From Candidatus Hermodarchaeota archaeon (GTDB taxonomy: Archaea > Asgardarchaeota > Heimdallarchaeia > Hodarchaeales > Hodarchaeaceae), in assembly GCA_048886185.1 (NCBI GenBank), contig JBHLKY010000004.1:30001-62000 (forward strand): DNA of 32,000 nt, in the 5' to 3' direction. The notes below the pieces were generated by a model. It saw nothing but the letters and a program-made list of their open reading frames with translations. It did not search any database and had not been told where the DNA came from. Both the position numbers and the translations under genes were made by a program. Of the stretch, positions 26,103-32,000 are shown in pieces; position 1 is the first letter of the stretch, and every line of letters starts with the position of its first letter.

Positions 26103-28085
26103 TCAGAAGTCAGAATAGTATTTACCGAACTGGGAATAATATTTTCGATAGTAATCTTCAATGCTTTTAGGGTCAGGAATTCTAAATTTTTGCCATATAT
26201 GAATAACCTCATCTAGTTCAGCTTCACATGCTTGTCCTTTGAATAAATCCTCAAGGAATTCTGTACGCTCTTTTATATCTCGAAGTGTAAAATCGATGAA
26301 TTGACCTACAGTGTAATATCGGAGCCGATTAAATCGTACACCAAAATTTTCCATCCCCCATTTGGATTCTAACTCCCTTGGATTGGGTAACAAAATACTG
26401 TCTTTATAAACGGGGTGGGGTATCCAACTCGTGATTTTTCGTCCTTCCGCTAGACTCAATAACCTTTTTGTATCTTGAACAGTTATTTTTTCACCTTGAC
26501 CTTGATACACGATTTCACCTAATTCGTTCTTCATAACTTTTCGGGAATTTTGGTCAATTTTTGGAATAAATTTTCCCTCTTTATTCTTTATACGTATCTG
26601 ATTCCCATTGATATCATGTTCACCAATGGCTCCCGCGTTGATAACTAAGAAAGCTAAATTTCCCTCTAGATCCAACCCCAGATCTTTATACATTTCCATT
26701 TTTAATAAAGCTTGATGACATTGTTCCCGTGCCATAAAATCTGTCGCTGCATAAGATCGAACACGGGTTCCTGGTTTTTGTTCTGCTACAGCTGAAGTAA
26801 TTATTGATTCAACAGCTGAATCCAAAGCTGTTGCAACTATGGGGTCTGTAACACGAAACATAGGATCAAGAAGATCAAAACGTTTCATTGAAAGTACTTC
26901 TGTCTTTAAATAACGTGGCGTTTCATCTTTTCCCCAATTTTTGTTTAGTTCAGAAAAGAGAAAGATGAACCGGCCATTTGTTGTTCCAGAGCTATGGTAC
27001 TGAGTACACAATAATGAACCAAGATCTTTTCCTGATTTAACAACTGGAGTTTTAACTGTGTAACCATTAATTTTCTTAAATTGATATTCTACATTCTCAC
27101 AATCAATATTTTGAGCAAGTACAACTGGTCTACTACCTTCCTCAGTAAGAATACGAGATTTCATGAGGCCTGGCCATTCAGGGCTTTTTGGGTCAAGATT
27201 TTGGGATTTTGCATACGAAGCTGCTTCTAAACCGATTAATTGCACTTTTTCAATTTTATTTGTTATAGAATTTCGAATTAATTTGCCTATACAAGCATCA
27301 TCTTGTTCTAATTCGGAACCAACAGTTAAAGTTGTTTTTCCTGTTCCTGAAAGTCCCTTGATGACTCGATCAGCTGTCATTCCAGCATGATAAGATATAT
27401 ATCCGTCTGATTCGGCTTTATTCCAGACTAAAGTTAAATTTGGCTTTTTATAAGCGCCTCCAAAATAATCAACTCTTAAACTTAAAACACGTCTCCGATT
27501 TTGATTCATTTCTGTAAGATCATAAAGAGTCATAGGCTCTTTAGGGTCAAATGTTGGCCAGAATCTTCGGATATCATTAACATAATTTAATGGTAGGCTT
27601 TCTGGTATAATCAAATTTAAACAATTTACCTGGTGGTTTTTTCTTGAAGGAAAAACCATCAGCTTGCCAAACCACCCAATGTAAGCAGAGTGTAAATTCT
27701 TGATGCTTATGATTACTTGGAGTCCGACTTCATAACCATGTTCTCCCTGAATGCCATTTTGTACAATAACTGGTACTTCTTCTTCCTGCAAATATCGAAG
27801 AGCCATATTAAATAATCTTCTTCCTCTCACACGGTCAAACGGTTTCTGCCCTTTACCAAGGCGATAATTTTCTGGAACCATGTAATACGCTCTATCTGGG
27901 CGTCTCCCTGGTTGAATTGAGCCGAAAAGGTATTGATAATCCTTTGTGACCACGTAATAAGGTTTTAGTTTCTCACGGAACCAATCATGATCTGGATCTA
28001 GGGTAATTTGTGCTCTAGAAAGGTTATATCCAAAACCAACATTGAAACTACCACTTGATTCAGTTTGCACTTTAATCAAACTCAC
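26103..28085 (-). CDS. Divergent phosphoenolpyruvate carboxykinase (ATP-type signatures)
   Basis: PGRRPDRAY, YFGGAYKK, YHAG, GLSGTGKTTL, EQDD, LEAASYAK and TNGRF correspond in order to ATP-PEPCK motifs (TGRSPKDK, YAGEMKK, MHC, GLSGTGKTTL, IGDD, EGGCYAK, NTRA). Confidence 0.7.
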   Translation of the reverse strand: MSLIKVQTESSGSFNVGFGYNLSRAQITLDPDHDWFREKLKPYYVVTKDYQYLFGSIQPGRRPDRAYYMVPENYRLGKGQKPFDRVRGRRLFNMALRYLQEEEVPVIVQNGIQGEHGYEVGLQVIISIKNLHSAYIGWFGKLMVFPSRKNHQVNCLNLIIPESLPLNYVNDIRRFWPTFDPKEPMTLYDLTEMNQNRRRVLSLRVDYFGGAYKKPNLTLVWNKAESDGYISYHAGMTADRVIKGLSGTGKTTLTVGSELEQDDACIGKLIRNSITNKIEKVQLIGLEAASYAKSQNLDPKSPEWPGLMKSRILTEEGSRPVVLAQNIDCENVEYQFKKINGYTVKTPVVKSGKDLGSLLCTQYHSSGTTNGRFIFLFSELNKNWGKDETPRYLKTEVLSMKRFDLLDPMFRVTDPIVATALDSAVESIITSAVAEQKPGTRVRSYAATDFMAREQCHQALLKMEMYKDLGLDLEGNLAFLVINAGAIGEHDINGNQIRIKNKEGKFIPKIDQNSRKVMKNELGEIVYQGQGEKITVQDTKRLLSLAEGRKITSWIPHPVYKDSILLPNPRELESKWGMENFGVRFNRLRYYTVGQFIDFTLRDIKERTEFLEDLFKGQACEAELDEVIHIWQKFRIPDPKSIEDYYRKYYSQFGKYYSDF

Positions 28086-28193
28086 TCATTGCGTATTCTG
28101 GCGGATTTTGTACTTAAATTTAGTGATGGAACGAATTCTGTGCAAAATGTATCCATTTATTAGTGTAATTTATTACATTTCATAGGTTTTGTT

Positions 28194-28937
28194 TCAAATT
28201 AATGTGTAATATACTCGTTCTTTTTGTTTTCCCTTGTGTTCTGTCTTATCTAAAGAGATTTTACCTATTTCTGAAGTATTTTGAACATGGGTTCCAGCAC
28301 ACGCAGCCCAATCATAAGCATCTATGGTTATAATCCGAAAATTCTTAACATTTTTGGGAACCATATCAAGATATTGTGTTTGATACTCTTTCTCTTTAAG
28401 AAATTCTATTGCTTCTTTGCGAGGTAGGAAAGAAATTGATACTGGCATATTTTTTGATAAAAGAATGTTTATTTGAGATGAAATCTCCTTTAATTCTTCT
28501 GAGGAAATTTTTGATAGGGGTGCAAGGTCTATTCTGTTCGTACCAATTTTTAACTGGTTACTTACTGTTTCTGCGTTATATTTTAATTGAAAAAATCTAC
28601 TGATACAGTGTTGAGCAGTATGAGCACGCATCATTTCATATCTATGAATCCAATCCAGTTTTCCCTTAATTTTCATTCCTTCTTTCAATTTATTGCTAGA
28701 GTTTAATACATGAATGATTTTTCCTTGATCTAGACGAGTGTTTATTACAGATATTTTTTCTTTTTCCCATCTTAATATTCCTCGATCACCTAATTGTCCT
28801 CCACTCTCTGGATAGAAAGCTGATCGATCTAGAACGACTCCTTTTGAATTTATCTCTAGTATATTTGCACTAAAATTAGAAATATAACAATCATTTAGAT
28901 ATAATCGTTCCGTCATTATTCTTGTCTCTTTTCTCAA
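28194..28937 (-). CDS. alaX: Alanyl-tRNA editing protein AlaX (AlaX-M type)
   Basis: LYLNDCY, FYPESGGQLGDRG, and zinc ligands RAHTAQH and CAGTHV. Probable start is MTERLY. Confidence 0.92.
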   Translation of the reverse strand: MRKETRIMTERLYLNDCYISNFSANILEINSKGVVLDRSAFYPESGGQLGDRGILRWEKEKISVINTRLDQGKIIHVLNSSNKLKEGMKIKGKLDWIHRYEMMRAHTAQHCISRFFQLKYNAETVSNQLKIGTNRIDLAPLSKISSEELKEISSQINILLSKNMPVSISFLPRKEAIEFLKEKEYQTQYLDMVPKNVKNFRIITIDAYDWAACAGTHVQNTSEIGKISLDKTEHKGKQKERVYYTLI

Positions 28938-28941
28938 ATTA

Positions 28942-29652
28942 TTACATGCTTTCTAAGAGAGAAACTATCTCTTGTTCAAAGGTATCAGTCATTATTGGTT
29001 GCATCTCCACTCCAATCAAACGGGCCATTTCTTTGATAATTTCAATATTCACTAACAAGCTGAAAGTTGAATTTGAGCTCTGAAATAGCATCTTTAGCTT
29101 TTTTTCAGAAGTTATTTGGTTTTTTTTAGTGATTTTTCTTTTTAACCGTAGTGATAAGCGCATAACAACCTTATTATGAAAAGATTCAATAATACTGCTA
29201 AGAACAGTCATAAAATAAATAGATTCATCAGAAATTTTTCCTTTCTTCATATCTTTAAAACGCTTAACAAAATGGTCTTCAGCATCTTGACTTTCAAATC
29301 CTAATTCCTCTGCCAAGTCTTTAATGAATGCGATATAAGGAGGGAGCTCATTTCTGAAATGATATCTCTCTGCATATTTACACATCTTATTAAGCATCCT
29401 TTCAATAACTTTCCCTGAACCAGGAGCATAAAATCTCCTTGTGTTCATCCGATCAATGATGATATCAGGTTCAATATAGATTTGTTGTTCTAAATATTCC
29501 TTACATACTAATTCTCTAGGTATTTCAGAATGGGAATTATTCATCCTTTTTCCTCTAAGTTTAAAGTTACTGAATGAGATTCTTTTTATTTTGAGATTTA
29601 TCAGCGCTTTTAGTTCTTTAAGCTGATTTAGAAGCATATTATTTTTATTCAA
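28942..29652 (-). CDS. Hypothetical helical protein, probably co-transcribed with alaX
   Basis: 236-aa ORF 3-4 nt from both neighbours; no recognised motif. Confidence 0.6.
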   Translation of the reverse strand: MNKNNMLLNQLKELKALINLKIKRISFSNFKLRGKRMNNSHSEIPRELVCKEYLEQQIYIEPDIIIDRMNTRRFYAPGSGKVIERMLNKMCKYAERYHFRNELPPYIAFIKDLAEELGFESQDAEDHFVKRFKDMKKGKISDESIYFMTVLSSIIESFHNKVVMRLSLRLKRKITKKNQITSEKKLKMLFQSSNSTFSLLVNIEIIKEMARLIGVEMQPIMTDTFEQEIVSLLESM

Positions 29653-29655
29653 ATC

Positions 29656-30219
29656 TTACTTTAATTCTTTGAAAAGAAACTCATCTAAAGGAAGAATTTT
29701 TTGAAATACTTTAATTTTTTCTTGCAATTTTTCTGTTGCTATTTCTTCTCGTTCTCTTAAGGGTTTGTGTGGTTGTTCCTCCCGAAGTTGTAGCAATATC
29801 TGTTGAAGCCATTCCGCAATTTGCTTGTTACTAGGCCTCTGAGGTTCTTTCCGAAGTTTTTCTATTTTATTTTTAACCTTTTTAGTAGCTATTCGTTTTT
29901 GCTCTTTTAAAGGTTTTTCTGGGTATATTTTCCTGATTTGTGATAATTTATTCTGATACCATTTCGCGATTTGCGAATCTGTTAAGGTTTGACGTTTTTT
30001 ATTATTTTCTTCAAATTTCTGAATTTGTTGCTTCATAATTTTATGAGTTAATTCCTCCCGATTTACCGAGGAGACATGTGGATGTGCTTCTCTAATTTGC
30101 TCTTCTGTTTCAATCCACCATTGAGCCAACATACTGGGATCCAGCTTAATACGATTCTTCTTACGGTCTATGGGCTCATCAGGATCCAGCTCCGACCTTT
30201 CTGTATTGTTCTTCGGCAT
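29656..30219 (-). CDS. Basic protein with three tandem repeats of about 50 aa
   Basis: Ungapped alignment around W34, W87 and W137: [IL]AxWxxxxxxQ[IL]RxxxPxxxxxxxxx[IL]xxxxxxxxI. Confidence 0.75.
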   Translation of the reverse strand: MPKNNTERSELDPDEPIDRKKNRIKLDPSMLAQWWIETEEQIREAHPHVSSVNREELTHKIMKQQIQKFEENNKKRQTLTDSQIAKWYQNKLSQIRKIYPEKPLKEQKRIATKKVKNKIEKLRKEPQRPSNKQIAEWLQQILLQLREEQPHKPLREREEIATEKLQEKIKVFQKILPLDEFLFKELK

Positions 30220-30256
30220 AGTTATCTCATCAGAAACAAACTGATATTTAAAAAAA

Positions 30257-30317
30257 TAGGAATCAAATCATTCCTAAAAATCTTTTTAGGAAATCGATTC
30301 ACCAGCCTATCTTCCTA
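30257..30317. promoter_or_regulatory. Alternating TAGGAA/TTCCTA half-site array with overlapping inverted repeats
   Basis: TAGGAAT-N6-ATTCCTA (30257-30276), TTCCTAAAAA-N2-TTTTTAGGAA (30271-30292) and an extra TTCCTA at 30312-30317, in a divergent intergenic region. Confidence 0.55.
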
Positions 30318-30379
30318 AAGCAGTTAATGGTAGAGATGCGATCAATAAACATAAAAAGAAAATCAATATTACGATTTCT

Positions 30380-31042
30380 ATGTTGAAAGCGTTGTTAGAA
30401 AAAATACGTATTAAGCTCTTGTCATTACCTAACTTTATTATATATATTTGGATGATACTTAATATTATTGCTTCATTATATACCATCTATCTCTATAGTT
30501 GGCAGTATGTCCATTACCCTATGTTCTTGTGGATATTCATTCCTGATTGTGGAACTTTTGGTATCTTATTTGCTGTTTTTCTATTAGTAACATTGATTTC
30601 AAAGCGGAATAATCAAAAGTTAAATCTTATAACATTTATTGGCATCATCAAAGTATTCTTCGCTTCATTCTTGATTTTTATATATAATCCCTATTATTTT
30701 GATGTTATATCGTTCATTGGACATCTAGGATTGTTAATCGAAGCTTTCCTACTTCTCCCCTTTATGTTTCCTACGATAAACGATTTAATAATTGGGAGCG
30801 GAATACATGGAATCGACTGGTTCTTTGATTTTTTCAATCCATTGTCTGAACTCCCCACCATATTTCTTTATAATGAACCTAATCATCCTACAGCTGCACT
30901 TTTTAACGAACTTCTTCTTTTGATAACTTTTGTCAATATTCTTTCTATAATGTCCATTTATTTGCTTCAAAATTATTTAACTAAATCGCAAAAACCCCCT
31001 TCATTTACTAAAGTTTACTCACGAAATTATTTATCAGAATAG
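30380..31042 (+). CDS. Multi-pass membrane protein, possibly DUF1405-like
   Basis: About six hydrophobic segments; WIFIPDC resembles the recalled W.FVPDS motif of DUF1405. Confidence 0.6.
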   Translation: MLKALLEKIRIKLLSLPNFIIYIWMILNIIASLYTIYLYSWQYVHYPMFLWIFIPDCGTFGILFAVFLLVTLISKRNNQKLNLITFIGIIKVFFASFLIFIYNPYYFDVISFIGHLGLLIEAFLLLPFMFPTINDLIIGSGIHGIDWFFDFFNPLSELPTIFLYNEPNHPTAALFNELLLLITFVNILSIMSIYLLQNYLTKSQKPPSFTKVYSRNYLSE

Positions 31043-31155
31043 GATTTTCAATATCATAATGTCTTTTTGGTCCCTCTTTGCCATAGAATCTTTTACCACC
31101 ATTAAGGAAAGGTTTAAACGATGTTAATAAAAGAGACTTTTTTGGAGTGAAAATC

Positions 31156-31323
31156 TGGATGGATCACGAAATTCATTAACCATCAATGTTTTTTTTGTCA
31201 CCTGAGATATTCCTCCATCTTTCAGAATTTTTTTCGTTTTTTCCTGAAAGGAGAGTATTTTACTTTTTTTTTGACTAAGAATACCAATTATCGAGCTGGT
31301 GATTGGATGGATCGCGAAATTCA
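31156..31323 (+). repeat. 20-bp direct repeat pair in the ileS leader
   Basis: TGGATGGATCACGAAATTCA (31156-31175) and TGGATGGATCGCGAAATTCA (31304-31323), 19/20 identical. Confidence 0.8.
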
Positions 31324-31428
31324 CGAAAAAGAATAAACTTAAAGGACAAAAGTGGACAGAGCATACGCTCTTTGAGTTAGTAAAGGTATTACCGTATGTG
31401 AAAGTACGAGATCGGAGGAAGAGGTATA

Positions 31429-32000
31429 ATGAGTAATTCATCGTCTCTCTTTTCTCCTGTGTCTGCGAGGCTTGATTGGAAAGCAGCTGAGGCTACATAT
31501 CTTCGTTTTTGGGAAGAAAAACAAATCTTCCAGAAATTAAAAACTAAGCTTAGGAGTTCAAATCAGAAGTTTAGCTTCATTGACGGGCCTATCACAGCTA
31601 ATAATCCCATGGGTGTTCATACAGCCCGAGGACGTACATTGAAGGACATCTATCAGCGATACTGGGCTATGCGTGGATTTAATCAGCGTTTTCAAAATGG
31701 TTTTGATACCCAAGGCCTCTGGGTTGAAGTTGAAGTTGAAAAAGCTCTTGGATTAAATTCTAAAAATGAGATCATGGAGATGGGATTAGAAACCTTTGTT
31801 ATGCATTGTAAATCACGAGTAGAGAAATATTCTAAGATTATCACTGACCAATCGCGCAGACTTGGACAGCAAATGGACTGGAGTAATAGTTATTTTACTC
31901 ACACTGATCATAACATTGAACATATATGGTATTTCCTAAAGATTTGTCATGAAAGAGGTTGGATCTATCGATCTCGTCTAGTTATGCCATGGTGCCCCCG
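31429..32000 (+). CDS. ileS: Isoleucyl-tRNA synthetase, N-terminal part (truncated by the window; not in the ORF track)
   Basis: MSNSSSLF...FWEEKQIF...FIDGPITANNPMGVHTARGRTLKDIYQRYWAMRG...GFDTQGLWVEVEVEKALG...GQQMDW...VMPWCP; RBS GGAGG/GAGGT upstream. Confidence 0.9.
   Translation, partial: MSNSSSLFSPVSARLDWKAAEATYLRFWEEKQIFQKLKTKLRSSNQKFSFIDGPITANNPMGVHTARGRTLKDIYQRYWAMRGFNQRFQNGFDTQGLWVEVEVEKALGLNSKNEIMEMGLETFVMHCKSRVEKYSKIITDQSRRLGQQMDWSNSYFTHTDHNIEHIWYFLKICHERGWIYRSRLVMPWCP

Noticed and set aside
2550-30970. Short antisense track ORFs (2550, 4610, 8249, 11758, 12289, 13485, 16392, 20149, 27163, 28409, 30076, 30785) and the same-strand alternate-frame ORF at 7581
   Set aside because: All overlap well-supported genes and show no recognisable motifs.
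31381-31400. AAAGGTATTACCG as a possible T-box in the ileS leader
   Set aside because: It lacks the UGGN antiterminator bulge and a recognisable stem I; T-boxes are a bacterial feature.
31124-31441. 105-aa minus-strand track ORF
   Set aside because: Low-complexity F/K-rich translation of T-tracts, antisense to the ileS leader and start; no RBS or motif.
1-32000. Impression that TCTAGA/CTAG sites are frequent, hinting at a CTAG-specific methyltransferase
   Set aside because: Only a by-eye impression; it needs a Markov-corrected k-mer count and methylome data before any claim.

Overview
AT-rich, gene-dense archaeal chromosomal segment. It is most likely from an Asgard archaeon (Heimdallarchaeia/Hodarchaeales-like); this is inferred from an Arf-like GTPase fused to a longin-like domain, a stand-alone longin-like protein, archaeal dph2, a KaiC/RAD55-like ATPase and GGTGA/GGAGG ribosome-binding sites. 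I found no rRNA, tRNA, CRISPR array or transposase. Housekeeping and metabolic genes: MFS transporter, SSB/RPA, adjacent LKR and SDH (saccharopine pathway), GNAT, XerA-like recombinase, Dph2, SGNH hydrolase, hydantoinase/oxoprolinase A+B, glycerate kinase, KaiC-like ATPase, divergent PEPCK, AlaX and a partial IleRS. There are also three DNA methyltransferases with no restriction enzyme in the window. Top leads: (1) a stand-alone protein with two PARP1-like zinc fingers at near-PARP1 spacing plus a C-terminal winged helix and no catalytic domain; (2) a DNA methyltransferase ending in a PCNA-interacting (PIP-box-like) motif, divergent from ssb; (3) an Arf-longin fusion that has no ATG/GTG/TTG before its P-loop and so needs a non-canonical start codon; (4) LKR and SDH as split genes in the order of the eukaryotic AASS fusion; (5) an IleRS with a GVHT signature behind a leader carrying duplicated mini-ORFs; (6) an SSB with an RG/SR-like tail; (7) a three-repeat basic protein. 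All family calls come from motif recognition by eye; no searches were run.
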